A stretch of DNA of 64,000 bases from assembly GCF_009914755.1 (NCBI RefSeq), contig NC_060927.1. One strand, given 5' to 3'. Shown piece after piece: positions 14,305 through 32,124 of this stretch; position 1 is the first letter of the stretch; each line of letters opens with the position of its first letter. Position numbers and translations under genes: made by a program. Under the pieces are notes generated by a model. That model saw nothing but the letters and a program-made list of their open reading frames with translations, had not been told where the DNA came from and did no database searches. This DNA is from the human T2T-CHM13v2.0 reference genome, Homo sapiens.

Positions 14305-16658
14305 TTCAGATCGGGACCACTAGAATAAAGCAAATATTACAATAAAGCAAGTCATGAAATTTTTGGTTTCTCGGTGCATATAAATGTTATGATTACAATC
14401 TACTACAGCCTATTAGGGTACAATATCATTGTGTCTAAAATGTACATATTTTAATTTAAAAATATTTTATTGCTAAAAAATCCTAGCAGTATTACAACTT
14501 CAGCAAGTTGTAATATTTTTGCAGATGGGGGATCTGGCCTTGGCGTTGATGGCTTCTGACTGATCGTGGTGGTGATTGCTGAAGGTTGGGCTGCTTGTGG
14601 CAATTTCTTAAAACAATAAAGATTGCCACATTCATTGACTTCCTTTTACAAAATATTTCTCTGTAAAATGCAATGCTATTGAATAGCATTTTACCCACAG
14701 TAGAACGTCTTTCAAAATTGGAGTTAATCTTCTGAAATCTTGCTACTGCTTTATAAATTAAGTTTATGTAATATTCTAAATCTTTTGTTGTCATTTCAGC
14801 AATGTTCACTTACTTCACCAGGAGCACATGCCATCTCAAGAAACCACTGCCTTTGCTCATCCATAAATAACAACTTCTCATCCGTTCAAGTATATTCATA
14901 AGATTTGAGCAATTCAGTCATCTCTTCAGTCCCCATTTCTAATTTTAGTTTTCTTGCTGCTTCCACCACATCTGAAGTTATCTCCTCCACTGAAGTCCTC
15001 AACCTCTCAAACTCATCCATGAGGGTTGGAATCTATTTCTTTCAAACTCCAATTGATGTTGATATTTTAACCTCCTCCCGTAAGTCATGAATATTATTAA
15101 TGGCATATAGAATGATAAATTATTTCCAAAAGGTTTTCAATTTACTTCTTCCAGATCTATCAGAGGAATCCCTCTCTGGCAGCTACAGCTTTATGAAATG
15201 TGTTCCTTTAATAATAAAACTTGGGAGTCAAAATTACTCCTCGATCCATATGCTGCAGAACTTATGTGTTAGCAGCCATAGAAACAATATTAATCTCCTT
15301 GTACACCTCCACTCCACCTCTTGGGGTGACCAGATGCATCGTCAATGAGCAGTGATACATTGAAATAAATAGTTTTTTCTGAGCAATAGGTCTCGACAGT
15401 GGGCTTGAAATATTCAGTAGACCATGCTATAAACATGTATGCTATCATTCAGGCCTTGATGTTCCATTTTATAGAGTACATATAGACTCAATTTGCAGTA
15501 TTCATAAGGGCCCTAGAATTTTTTGAATAGCAAATAAGCTTTGCCTTCAACTTAAAGTGACAAGCTGCATTAGCTCCTAACAGAAGAGTCAGACTGTCTC
15601 TTCAAGCCTTGAAGTCAGGCATCGACTCCTCCTCTCTAGCTGTGAAAGTCCTAGATGTCATCTTCTTCCAACATAAGACTGTTTTGTCTCCATTGACAAT
15701 CTGTTTAGAGTAGCCATCTTCATCAATTATTGTAGGTAGATATTCTGGATAACTTACTGCAGCTTCTACATCAGCATTTGCTGCTTCACCCTGTACTTTT
15801 ATGTTATAGCGATGGTTTCTTTTGTTAAATCTCATGAGCTAACCTCTACTAGCTTCCAGCTTTTCTTCTGTATCTTCCTCACCTGTCTCAGCCTTCATAG
15901 AACCGAAGAGTTTTGAGATCTTGCTCTTAATTAGGATTTGGACTAAGGGAATGCTGTGGCTGCTTTATCCTTCCATTCATACCACTAAAACTTTCTCCAT
16001 GTCAGCAATACGGTGGTTTTGCTTTGCTATCATTCCTATATTCGACGGAATGGCACTTTTAATTTCTTTTATGAACTTTTTCTTTGCATTCCCATCTTAG
16101 CTAACTGGTGCAAGAGGCCTGGGTTTTGGCTTACCTTGACTTTCAACATGCTTTCCTCACTAAGTTTAATCATCTGTAGCTTTTGATTTAAAAGTAAGAT
16201 ATATGTTACTCTTCTTTTCACTTTAACATGTAGAAGCCATGTAATTAATTGTCCTAATTTCAGTATAGTTGTGTGTCTGAGAAGGAGGCCTGAGGAGAGA
16301 GAGAGAAACAGAAGAGCGGCTGATTGGTAGAACTCTCAGAACACGGTCAGCATTTGTCTATTAAGTTTGCCATCTCACATGGTCATGGTCCATGGTGTCC
16401 CAAATAATTACAATAGTAACATCAAAGATCACTGATTACAGATCACAATAACAGATATAATAATAATGAAGAAACTGAAAATATTGTGAGAATTACCAAA
16501 ATGTGAAACAGAGTTATGAAATGAGCACATGCTATTGGAAAAAAATGGCACTGATAGAATTGCTTGATGCGAGGTTTCTACAAAACTTCAATTTCTAAAA
16601 AACACAATGTGTTTTGCAAAATGCAAAAAGTGAAGTTCAATAAAATGAGGTATGCTTG
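14305..16658 (-). mobile_element. Tigger1 DNA transposon, near full length, with a dead pogo-family transposase
   Basis: Right TIR aataaaatgaggtatgcttg followed by TA; ORF 15602-15835 ([21 protein letters not shown]...WKKMTSRTF) matches Tigger1 transposase; left TIR degraded. Confidence 0.92.
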
Positions 16659-16913
16659 TATATCTAGACAATATTTTGCTGAAAATATGTGCTCAATAAA
16701 GTTACTTAATAGAAATTTACAACTAAATCACTTAAATACAATTTTTTTGTTATTTTTTATTTTACGTGGCCTTTATATGATTATGTAATCTTTTGCAAAT
16801 TCTACTTCTAAAAGCATTTAAAGTAACCAGACAAGTATAAAAATATTCAAATGTGACAGAAATTTATTATAAGAATTAATGTAAAATATTTCACTTAGAA
16901 AATAACTTCTAAG

Positions 16914-17239
<326 letters not shown>

Positions 17240-17425
17240 TTAGTATTTTAAAGGTGCAAAATCCATTTGGCAGGAAAATACTTTTACCCAGAATGTTTGC
17301 ACATAGATTGGAGCTCTCAGTTGTGCCATTTATTTATTAGTACCTGTTCTTTTGTTTTGTCATGAAAAAAACATATGTATGAGACAAAGTATAAGGTTTT
17401 ATGTTATTAATAATATAAACTATTT

Positions 17426-17713
17426 TGGCTCATGCCTTAATCCCAGCAGTTTGGAGGCCAAGGCAGGAGGATTGCTTAAGTCCAGGTGTTTGAGACCAGG
17501 TTGGCCAAAAGAATGAAACCCCATCTTTACAAAAAATAAAATAAAAAATTAGTCTGGCATGATGTTGTACACCTGTAGTCCTACGTTCTTGGGAGTCTGA
17601 GGTGAGAGGATTACTTGAACCCAGAAGTTCAAGGGGGTATTGAGCTGTGATCATGCCACTGCACTCTAGCCTGGGTGACAGAGTGAGACCTTATCTTAAA
17701 AAAAAAAAAAAAA
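17426..17713 (+). mobile_element. AluJ, slightly 5'-truncated
   Basis: ggaggattgctt and ggattacttgaacccagaagttcaag are AluJ-type; A tail at 17698-17713. Confidence 0.9.
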
Positions 17714-17729
17714 TTGTCTATGATTTTTT

Positions 17730-18958
17730 TAAAAGCTTTTTATTTTGAACTAATTTTAGACTTGCTTAAAAGTTGCAAAAATAAGACACAAGTTTCATAT
17801 ATCACTCAATCTGCTTCCTGTAATATTAACAACATAAATAGCCACAGGGAAATCTTCAAGACTTGGAAATTAACTGTAGGACAGCACTATTACCTAAACC
17901 ACAGCTCTAATTTGAATTTCATCAGTTTTTCTCCTAATGCTGATTTTCTGTTCCAGGATCCTATCCAGGAGCCCACATTGCCTTTAGATATTATTTCTCT
18001 TTCATCTCTCCAGTTTGTAAAACTTGCTCAGTCTTTCCTTGTCTGTAAGGAATTTGACACTTTTGAAGAGTACAGATCAGTTATTTTGTAGAAAACCCCT
18101 CAATTTGGGTTTGTTGAATTTTTCTCACTATTGAAATGAAATGGTGTATTTTTCCACAATAACACTACTAAAATGATGCTTTGTGGTTAGTCCATTATAT
18201 GAATATGATATCAAGACATATTAGTATTTCTTATTGCTGATGTTATTATCAAGACTTATCAGTATGTCTTTTTGCTGGTGGTATTAACCTGATCACTTGG
18301 TGAAGCAGAAGTCTTCAACGATTCTCCATTTTAAAGTTGTTATCTTTCCCTTGTTCATTAGAAAGTATCTTTGGGGAGATACTTTGAGATTATGCAAACC
18401 TGAAGTTGGAGTTTCTAAATGTCATTCTACAAAAAAAGGAACAAGGCAAGGACTCCTTGGGAAAGTGGTTGATTCCAGAAGGGACAGGGTAAATACAAGA
18501 TGAGCCTGAAATGTCTTGTGGTAATAGAATTTAAGGAAGTATCAGAAAAAGATGGGGGCTTATGGAAAAAACACAGAAACCAATAGCCAATTTTTCATCT
18601 TAAGCTCATGAAATTATAAAGTGTAGTTAGTAGCTCCTGAGGGCTGAAGTTGAAATAACTAGAACAACAAAATAAATGATCATTACAGATTTTAACCCAT
18701 AGAATTAAGTACATATCCATGAGTACATAGTGCAATAAATAAGAAACCAATAATATTATTTAATCAATAACTAAATATTATTCAATATGGAGAAGGGACA
18801 GTATTCTTATACAGTAGAATTCCAATTAATAAAAGTAGAAGAAAAGAGAGAAATAGAAAAATTATTATTAGGCAAACAAAATAGTAATGAATTTTATCCA
18901 CTGATGGATTTTTAAATTAGTGAGCAAAAGTTTGAGGAGAAGCAGGATTTGCATAGTA
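17730..18958 (-). mobile_element. Old L1 (L1MC4-like) 3'UTR with inverted 5' part (17730-18402 minus, 18403-18958 plus)
   Basis: Both halves match consecutive parts of the remembered L1MC4 3' end in opposite orientations; flanked by tctatgatttttt / tctttgatttttt. Confidence 0.7.
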
Positions 18959-20805
18959 TCTTTGATTTTTTAGAACAAGTAAAATAATTTTCTAAAACAT
19001 TTCACTGTTTTATTCTTCATGTAGTTTTCTTACCACACATCTAGATGCCACCATTTTTCAATATCCTGTTCTCAGGTAAAGAGAGAACATTATTTAAAGT
19101 GGTGTTTCTATTTTTCCTTTATTGTAGTCTGGATAGGTATAGAGGAATAGAAAAAAATTCAAATACCTTGGTACTTTTGACAGTATCTTCTGAGGTTTTG
19201 TTAGTATGGCACTGTAGAGGTAGAATACAGAACCTCAATTTGTGATATTTTTTGGGTAGTTCATCAGTTCAAAAAACCATGCCTTGTCCCCTGGCAGAGT
19301 CATTATTAAAAGAACACATGCTGTAATGGCATTCATAAATCTCAGCAGCTGTTCATGGAATTGAGGCATAGGACTGACTAGGTTTTTAAAAGAAGGAGAA
19401 AAACACATAATGGTATCTTACTTGTTCAGGAATGTTATATGCTGTTACATGCTTTTCTTTTTTTATTTTAAGTTCTAGGGTACATGTACACAACATGCAA
19501 GTTTATTACATATGTATACGTGTACCATGTTGGTGTGCTGCACCCATTAACTCGTCATTTACATTAGGTATGTCTCCTAATGCTATCCCTCCCCCCTCCC
19601 CCCACCCCACAACAGGCCCCGGTGCGTGATGTCCCCCTTCCTGTGTCCAACTGTTCTCATTGTTCAATTCCCACCTATGAGTGAGAACATGTGGTGTTTG
19701 GTTTTTTGTCCCTGTGATAGTTTGCTGAGAATGATGGTTTCCAGCTTCATACATGTCCCTACAAAGGACACGAACTCATCCTTTTTTATGGCTGCATAGT
19801 ATTCCATGGTGTATATGTGCCACATTTTCTTAATCCAGTCTATCATTGACGGACATTTGGGTTGGTTCCATGTCTTTGCTATTGTGAATAGTGCCGCAAT
19901 AAACATACATGTGCATGTGTCTTTATAGCAGTATGATTTATAATCCTTTGGGTATATACCCAGTTGTGGGATGACTGGGTCAAATGGTATTTCCAGTTCT
20001 AGATCCTTGAGGAATTGCCGCACTGTCTTCCACAATGGTTGAACCAGTTTACAGTCCCACCAACATTGTAGAAGTGTTCCTATTTCTCCACATCCTCTCC
20101 AGCACCTGTTGTTTCCTGACTTTGTAATGATCACCATTCTAATTGGTGTGAGATGGTATCTCATTGTGGTTTTGCTTTGCATTTCTCTGATGGCCAGTGA
20201 TGATGAGCATTTTTTCAAGAGTCTGTTGGTCTGTTGGCTGCACAAATGCCTTCTTTTGAGAAGTGTCTGTTCATATCCTTTGCCCAGTTTTTGATGGGGT
20301 TGTTTGTTTTTTTCTTGTAAATTTGTTTAAGTTCTTTGTAGATTCTGGATATTAGCCCTTTGTCAGATGAGTAGATTGCAAAAATTTTCTCCCATTCTGT
20401 AGGTTGCCTGCTCACTCTGATGGTAGTTTCTTTTGCTGTGTGTAAGCTCTTTCGTTTAATTAGATCCCATTTGTCAATTTTGGCTTTTGTTGCCATTGCT
20501 CTTGGTGTTTTAGACATGAAGTCCTTGCCCATGCCTATGTTATGAATGGTGTTGCCTAGGTTTTCTTCTAGGGTTTTTATGGTTTTAGGTCTAACATTTA
20601 AATCTTTAATCCATCTTGAATTAATTTTTGTATAAGGTGTAAGGAAGGGATCCAGTTTCAGCTTTCTACATATGGCTAGCCAGTTTTCCCAGCACCATTT
20701 ATTAAAAAGGGAATCCTTTCCTCATTTCTTGTTTTTGTCAGGTTTTTCAAAGATCAGATGGTTGTAGATGTGTGGTATTATTTCTGAGGGCTCTGTTCTG
20801 TTCTA

Positions 20806-22150
<1,345 letters not shown>

Positions 22151-22212
22151 GATCATCGATGCTAGGAAGAAACTGCATCAACTAATGAGCAAAATAACCA
22201 GCTAACATCATA

Positions 22213-23324
<1,112 letters not shown>

Positions 23325-23586
23325 TACATGCTTTTCATAGTGAGCACACAGGTAGAAATAGTCTAAAAATTAAAGACAGATAACTATAGCCACCTTCTTA
23401 TTTTTATGTATTTTTCTTTATGTATATTTATAGGAAAAAGTGAATGTAAATGCAAATAAAGAGAAAAAAGTCAGGAAATACAAATTTAAAAACTGAATGA
23501 CAAAATGTAAGGAACTGATTGATGCTTGAATTCATTCAGTTCACCATGTACATTTAACAATGTGAAAACTATAGCACAGATGTTAG

Positions 23587-23922
<336 letters not shown>

Positions 23923-24279
23923 CCCTTATGTGATATTTGTAACAATGTAATCATAATTAAAGAAATTTGACTTCTTTACAAGTGATATACAACTTTATTT
24001 TCAGAATCAGTTATTCGCAACAGAAATTGCCAAGCAAACTGATGATAATTCTCTCACAGCCAATTTTAATATTTAGGTCATCACATTATAAAGTATAGTT
24101 AAATTACAGTATTCATAGCTTACTATAAAATTGTAATTATAACAAAAAGGAGGAATAGGTAGTTGTGGGAAAAGTGTGTATTTCATTGGTGAATGCAGTA
24201 GTTTGGAATAATGCTTAAATCCATATATCATTGTCTTTGGATGGACTTTTATTCATGTTTGACTCATTGATTATTTCAC

Positions 24280-24715
24280 ATGTACAGTGGAAAATGAAAC
24301 TCTTAGAGTCACTTGCCCATATAGAACTTATAATTAAGCTCTATATGGCCAGGTGGAAAGGAAGAAAACTAATAAGAAATAGTTAATTAGATATTTAATT
24401 TTGATTTTATAAGCTCTTATATGGGAGATATGCATCTCTTAGGAGATGACATTTGAGCTGAAATTGACTGAAAAAATAAAGGAGCCAGTGATGAGTAGTC
24501 AGCGTCACAGCATTCCAAGGAGGGGCACAGTTTATGCCAAAGCACTAAGGCTGGAAAGAGGGCAGTGTATAGGAATACGTGGAGCAGAGGAGAGCGGGGC
24601 TCTGTGTTTGTGGTGGGCCACATTAAGGAGTTTAGATTTTATTCTAAGTGTAATGGGAAATCACTGAAGGATTGCAGTGAGGAAAGTGAAATGTCTGATT
24701 TTTTTAAAGAATGAT
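24280..24715 (-). mobile_element. L2 LINE fragment
   Basis: gacatttgagctgaaa...gcattccaagg...aggagtttagattttattctaagtgtaatgggaaatcactgaagg. Confidence 0.7.
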
Positions 24716-25164
24716 TCTCACTGCTGTATCTGAGGAAATAATGATGAATGACACAGCCAGTAAAAGTGCTCTGATGTTTTCTTCTTTTTCCTTATTCTAC
24801 CTTCCTTATTCTCCTCCTCTAAAAATGGTAGAATTATGCTTATAGAATTGTGATGAAAGAATTGTATGGCCTTAGAATCATCTTTTAGAGCATTATATAT
24901 ATTAATGTATGTAAGTATGTATGTGTACATATACAATACTATAATTATATGCTATGATACATATTATTATGAAAATTTATTTTATTTTTGCTATCTGTTT
25001 GATTGAGAAAATAATGTTGTGCACATAGATTTAAGGGTCCCTTTCATAACTGCTTCAGTTTACACCGTTGAACTATGTATAGGAGTGGAATTATTGTCCT
25101 TGATCTTACTTTTTTTCTTGTTTTACAAAATACTTTTATACATGAAAATGAGCAGGCCAATCAA

Positions 25165-25360
25165 AGTTGGACTCTTCTCCCTGTTTGCTTCCTAGTTCTG
25201 TAACTTTAGCCAACTTAATTAACATTTCTATAAGATTTCTTAGCCTTTCCTGTAAAATAGTACCTACCTCATAAGATTTTTGTAAAGAATAAATGACATA
25301 GTGTATGTAAGGAAGTAAGGATTACCTCTAGCATATAGTATGTACTCAATAATAATGAAC
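25165..25360 (+). mobile_element. MIR
   Basis: tgtaaaatag...cctacctcataag...gaataaatgaca...gtactcaata. Confidence 0.6.
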
Positions 25361-25966
25361 TCTTTTAACTTTTATTTCCCCTGTTCTATCTTTACTCCAA
25401 TCAAAGCCACCTTAGTTTCTCTCTTAGTGTACTTTGTGTAGACCATAGACTTATGAGAAAAGTATGCATGTAGTATCCAGCAAGGACATAATTGAGGGAA
25501 GGCTCATGTAAATTTATAATGTAAAAAGAAACTGACTAACATTATCTGTAGTGTTCAATTTAAAAAGTATTAGAATTTGGAAGTTCATGGGCAAGGTCAG
25601 TTTGGGCAGTTTTTAAAACCACAGGAAAAATAGATTTAGTGGGTTTATTTTTTATATATATTATTCCCTGTGATTTTTTTAAAAAAATGTTTTTATTTCT
25701 GTAATATACACTTAGTTTAGCTTTACTTGCGCTACATGTATGGACTTTAACTAACTTAGAGCTATTTTGAGTAATCCTTTCCACTAAAGGTAGAGTGGTT
25801 ATTGTTATTTTTATTGTTTATATTACTTGAATATTAATCAAAACTTATTGTTGTGTACCTTAAAGATAGCCTTAAACAAAGCCCTTTAACCCAGGTGGAA
25901 AAATAAAAATACAGCATGAATGAATAGCTTTGGAAAAGTATAATGTTATATTATATACCAAAATAA

Positions 25967-26332
<366 letters not shown>

Positions 26333-26679
26333 AAGATGAACATTTTAAATGCTATTTGTATATATCCCATATTATGATTGAACTAAGTAGAATCACTTTT
26401 TACCTAATAAAATACCAGACATACTATCAGGTTCTTGATGAGAGGTAGTTCTTTCCTCACACTTTGAAGAGGACATAGGTTTTATACTAATGAACTATAT
26501 TTCTTCTACTAAACAAGTATTTCGGGGCTGAATCGATCAAAATACATTTATTGACTATAAAGCCATGCCTGTGTACCACCTAAAACCATGTAATGACCAA
26601 CCAATAATATCAGTTTAGGGGATAATATCAATTTGGTGAAATTATATATTCATGTAAAATAATGTAAAGTACAATAAAG

Positions 26680-26900
26680 AATAGGGGTTAAGATCATGGG
26701 TTCTGGAGCCAGGTACCTGGTTTGGATTTCAGTTTCTGGTTGTGACCACTTGGGAACTATGTGACCCAGAGGAAATCACATAACTGCTCTGTCTCACTTT
26801 TCCAAACATAAGATGGGAACGATACTAAAAGTGCCATATCGTAGAATTATTATAAAGATTAAATGAGTTTAATTATGTAAAACACTTCAAATAGTTATTA
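26680..26900 (+). mobile_element. MIR
   Basis: ggttaagatcatgggttctggagccag...gattaaatgag. Confidence 0.65.
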
Positions 26901-28246
26901 GTACTATGGTGATGGTCCTTTAGTCTTTACTGTCATTAAACATATTCATTTGGTTTAGTCAAGCAGAGAATATGAAGAATGGTTTATTCTCAGAATTCAG
27001 AAGGAAGAAACAAATTATGAGACATCCCTATGGCACTACTAGAATGTTAACTATCTCTTCAAGGGTAGATAAGATCCAAGTTTGCTGGGTTGTAAGAACA
27101 AAGACATGGACATGGACATGGATATTTAAAAAGTGTCTGGGATGACATGAGATTGCTGATTAAAAGATCATTGCAAGCATTTGGTGAAAAAAGAGGTATG
27201 AAAACCAGGTTGACTAGATCCTATGGTGTGAGGAATTGAGACCTAAACAAATTGTGAGCTTCTGAGATCAGATAACTTCTATTGCATGATGGCTTGTTAT
27301 CTGTTTTCACCTTGAAATTTATAATTCATGAGTTTTAGATATCTTTTCTCATGTGGAAATGATTGAGTAGATTCAAATAACTTCAACAATTTTTATGTGT
27401 TTTTAATAGTTGAAATCAATCCATTGATGGCAGAATTTTGTGTTGAGATTTTTAAAATGTTCACCAATGTCAAGTTTCAAGATTTATTGGACACTCTAAA
27501 GACATGAAGTTATTGTCATAATGTTGACCCCTGATGGAGGCATGTGGTGCAGCTTGCAGTGTTTCTTTCACCATAACTGCAGAGTAGAGCATTTCATTGC
27601 TTTCTCCCCAGGAGTTGCTGCATTACCAGCTAGGATATATCTAACAGCATATCATTAACCAGGCACCATCAGATCATCAAAACAAAGAAACTGCTCAAGC
27701 TGTATTATATGTTCTCACTCTGATAATAAGCATAGTGACATTATATAAAATCAAGACATCAACAACAGCAAAGAAAGCCTGTACTAATTTTCCATACTTC
27801 CAAATATTAGCTTGTTAACTTTGTTTATTCATCTGTCTTAATTTCTCTATGTCTTTCCGGGTATAGGAACAATTGGCTCCATAAAGATATGTTCACAGGT
27901 GAATGAAACAGCAAGCAGATCTCCTGCAATTTAATGATATTAAAATGAAGAGTCATTGGGCATATTAGTTCAATATTGATGGGTGAATTGCTGGGCTTTC
28001 CTTAGCTTCCTTCTTATTAATAAGCCCTGCTGGACCCTGGAGTGTCTTAGATGCTCCATTGCAATGGTCTGTCAGCAAAAAAATACCATATAGAGTTCTT
28101 CATTTATGGTGAACTTTGTATAAACTTTAACACTGCTTAAAATTCCCAAGATTTAGTTTTGTGACTATGATTTATAGTGATATGGTCAAGATTACCTTTA
28201 GTGTAATATGTTATTGAGAAAGCATTGCTTAAAAAGTTGTAATAGA

Positions 28247-28534
<288 letters not shown>

Positions 28535-29249
28535 AAAAATTGTAATAGAAAAGACTATCTGCCTGTTGACTCTGCTGAACCTTGCTGCCTTTTTACCCTT
28601 CTAATTAAGGGCATTTATACTGAATAATAAAGTAGCTTCTCCTTGAAGAGGGAATTGCTTGGAACTTTTGTGTCTTAATGTCAGCCTTTTCCTACCACAG
28701 TGTAGACATATTTTCCTGTTCAGATTCTTGACTATTGAGATGTTTTTCTTCTACTTCGAGCTACTCTGTGTTTCATGAGCTGTGATTACAAATGGGTCTT
28801 CCAGTTTCTTCTGGGAATCTTTATATGACCTTGAGAACATTCAGTTATTAAACTGTATCAGTTTTTAAAGGATGAATTACGTTGCCTCATTATAGGTTCT
28901 GACACTTAGTTAATTTTCCTAGGTTTTAGACCAACTATGTTGTTCTTTTTCAAAGCTTCATCACAAAAAGTTTCTTTCTTCAGGTAAAATCATCAGTATA
29001 ATTAAGATTTAGCAGTAAATAAATAACCAATAAAATAGTTCAGTTAAAATTCTAAGCCTATTGTGTTGCCAACTAAGTAACCATTTTGCTGTATGAGCTA
29101 GAATAACTGATGTTATTCAAAGATATTTTCTACACTCTAGGATATCTTTCGTTTTTAAAGGAAAAGGAACTCCCAAATTTTATAAACATGTTTGCTCTCA
29201 GTTATAAGTAAAACTAAATTGAGAGATATGGTCCCATTGTGAACCATAG

Positions 29250-29510
29250 TGAACAACATTGGGCTTTGGAACTAGAAGGTACTGGGTACTAGCTTTTAAA
29301 ATGTTTTATAACCTTGGCCGTATACTTAACCTCATTACACTTCTATGGTATGTGACTTTAGGCAGATTTCTTAACTGTTCTGAATCTCAGTTTCCTAATC
29401 CTAAAAATTATGATAAATATACATATTAAGGATGAAATAGGAATTCAGACATTTTATTTAAATAATATCTGTAAATGACTTGCTGTGTCCAACACACAAG
29501 TTTGGAACAA
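29250..29510 (+). mobile_element. MIR fragment(s)
   Basis: tgtgactttaggcagatttcttaactgttctgaatctcagtttcct core. Confidence 0.65.
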
Positions 29511-29940
29511 TGAAGGATTCATCCACCCCATTTATTCAACAGTTATTTATTTAGTTCTTCTACTACTACTACTGACAACAACAACAGTAACCTCTCTCCT
29601 ATTTCTAGCACCTAAAGTAGGATTTCACACACTTTACTGTCCAACAGAATTTCTTGGGAATTTGTTTTTTAAAAATATGTATGATTTCTTAACCAAGAGA
29701 CTCGGATTACATGTCAAATGAGCAAAGAAGTATCCATTTTTAACTATTAACCCAGATGACTTTGTACTGACAACCCTCAGATCTCACTTTTGGGAAACTG
29801 AATCTAAAGTAAATGACCATTTCACAGCTGTTTTCAGTTTCTGATTGAATTACAATAACAACACAGCTTTAGATATTATTTTTTGTTTCATGATACATTA
29901 AGTTTAGTCATTCAAAAATATTTATGAAATATCAACCATG

Positions 29941-30099
29941 TGCCGAGCGCGGTGGGTCATGTCTGTAATCCCAGCACTTTGGGAGGCAGAGGCGGGAGGA
30001 TTGCTTTAGCTCGGGAGTTTGAGACCAGCCTGGGCAACATGCTGAGACCTCGTCTCTATAAAAACAAAACAACAAAACATAAACAACAACAACAAAAAA
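29941..30099 (+). mobile_element. FLAM_C-like Alu monomer with (CAA)n tail, inserted in an L2 3' end
   Basis: Single left monomer; TSD aaccatgtg / aactatgtg; flanks are reverse L2 (cattcaaaaatattt...gtgataggcattgtgttaggcact). Confidence 0.88.
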
Positions 30100-32124
30100 C
30101 TATGTGATAGGCATTGTGTTAGGCACTAGAAAATAGTGCTCAAACAACAACAACAACAACAAAACATGATTCTTGTCTCAAAGAATGCACAATGTTGGGG
30201 AAAGACAACTAAAAAGTAATAAAACATAAAGTTTGAAGGATATTATGATAGAGGAATTATAGGATACGTTCAATCATTTGAAATTTTTGAATGTCATCCT
30301 TTTGGGTGGAGCACCGAGAGGGTTTGTGAAAAAGCTTCCCCACATAAAGTCATAGAATCTATGCATTTTGTAAAAATACTAATGTATTTTTAAAAATGAA
30401 TATGGCAAATGAACTGTCCTGCCTAGCATAAGATTAAGGTCTCACTTTTCCATTTCTAGGGTATTAGCTTATGCAACTTCAGACATTTCAAAAGTTGAAA
30501 AGACTCACAAATTCAAAGAACATTCTGTAAAGTTAATTTGATGTGATTGTTCATATAGATGTTGGAAAATCAACTGCAAAAAAAAAATGTTCACTTTCAT
30601 GTGTAATGTTCTGACTCAGCAAGTGTTCTTCCAATGTGTGGCTCTAAAACAATATTAATGAGGAACTATCTTGCGTTTGCCTGGGTGTTCTTTGCAGATG
30701 TTAAGAGCCATTGGCAGATGCATGAAATTTTCTCACATTCATGTAGAATGAACATACAGTTCATAATAAAAAATCCTGGTTCATGTATCTTTGATGAAAG
30801 CTGTGACCAATTAAAAAGAAAAAAACAAAACAGACCTTAGAGATATACTTGTTATTTACATTACTTATAGAATAATTTGATACGTCTTTTGCCTTATCAG
30901 TCTTGTATTTCAAAATTTGCAATTGAATTAGTAGTGGTGGAAGTGATGGAGGGGCAATAGTACTGGAAATAATTTAACTTTTGTGGTTTATACACATACA
31001 GACAGACACACACTAAGCTTGTGACTTAAAAACTTTTGAGTAAAGAGTAAATATAACATTTACAATTGTAAACTTTTGGTATGTTATGTTCTTTTAAGGT
31101 TCTCTAATGAATGCCTTGTATAATAAATTTCTTCAGAGCTACGGATTAGCTAATAGTAAATAATATTGCAATAAAAGTTAGGAGATGACATTCTGTTTGC
31201 CTCTCATGTTTTATAATCATTTCTTCTAACATATATTTTTTGCTAGACTATAAGATTAATAGGGATACAGAAAGTGTGATAAGTCTAGCAAACTTTAAAA
31301 AATAAAGATAGAATATTTTGGGTAATTGTCACATTATTGCTGCTATGCATTTGCTATATTTCTTTTCCCATAATGATGTCAGGACACTGATTATTCATTT
31401 TGCAAAAATGATATATAGAGAAGCCGATGTTGCATGACAGAATGTTATTGTAATTAATGAATTATGTTGTGGGGAAAACAGTGCTCTGATGGTTGAAAAG
31501 GGAATTAATAACTTAATAACTGAAATTTCCATTAAACCTAAGGGTGAGTGTTCACTGTTCACAATTTTAGAGTATTTGTTAGGGACCTGGGAGAGACAAG
31601 ACATTGTTATATATATGCTTTCCATTTCCAAGGAGATAGTAGTTTGGAAATGACTTTAGTTTTAAAATAGGTGTTTTCTATATTTCAGGGGAATTTAAAG
31701 TATTATTTACTTTGTACTCTACATGTACCTTGAAGAAGAATTATTTCTTATATAATAATAATAATCTGTTTAGATCTATTCCTGGATGCCTACTCCTACA
31801 CATGGAATATTTTGTTATAAAATGTCCATGAATTGTTTTCTGTACATAATACAGTTAATTTTTGAAGCAGATAAAAAGATTTTGAGAATCAAGCAGCCAT
31901 AATAAAAGCTACTTATATGTTATATTACTAAAGGTCGCTTGATAAAATTAAACCCAAAGGTTCTGTAGTGAAGGCCCATCTCAAAATGGAAGATAAGCCA
32001 TTATTAGGATTGTTTTGGTAATACTTTAGTCTTGTCCCACAAGATCATAGCACAAAAAATCTAGTAGTTTTTGCTTCTCTTTTTGTTTGTAATCACCTAA
32101 ATGTGCTTTCCAAAGTCTGACTCT

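Noticed and set aside
17714-18091. 125-aa plus-strand ORF
   Set aside because: Antisense to the L1MC 3'UTR; not protein-like.
26960-27250. Possible RTE/L4-like ancient LINE relic
   Set aside because: Resemblance too weak to support by eye; it would need an HMM search.
27611-27662. Possible plus-strand exon after tttctccccAG
   Set aside because: No convincing GT donor follows.
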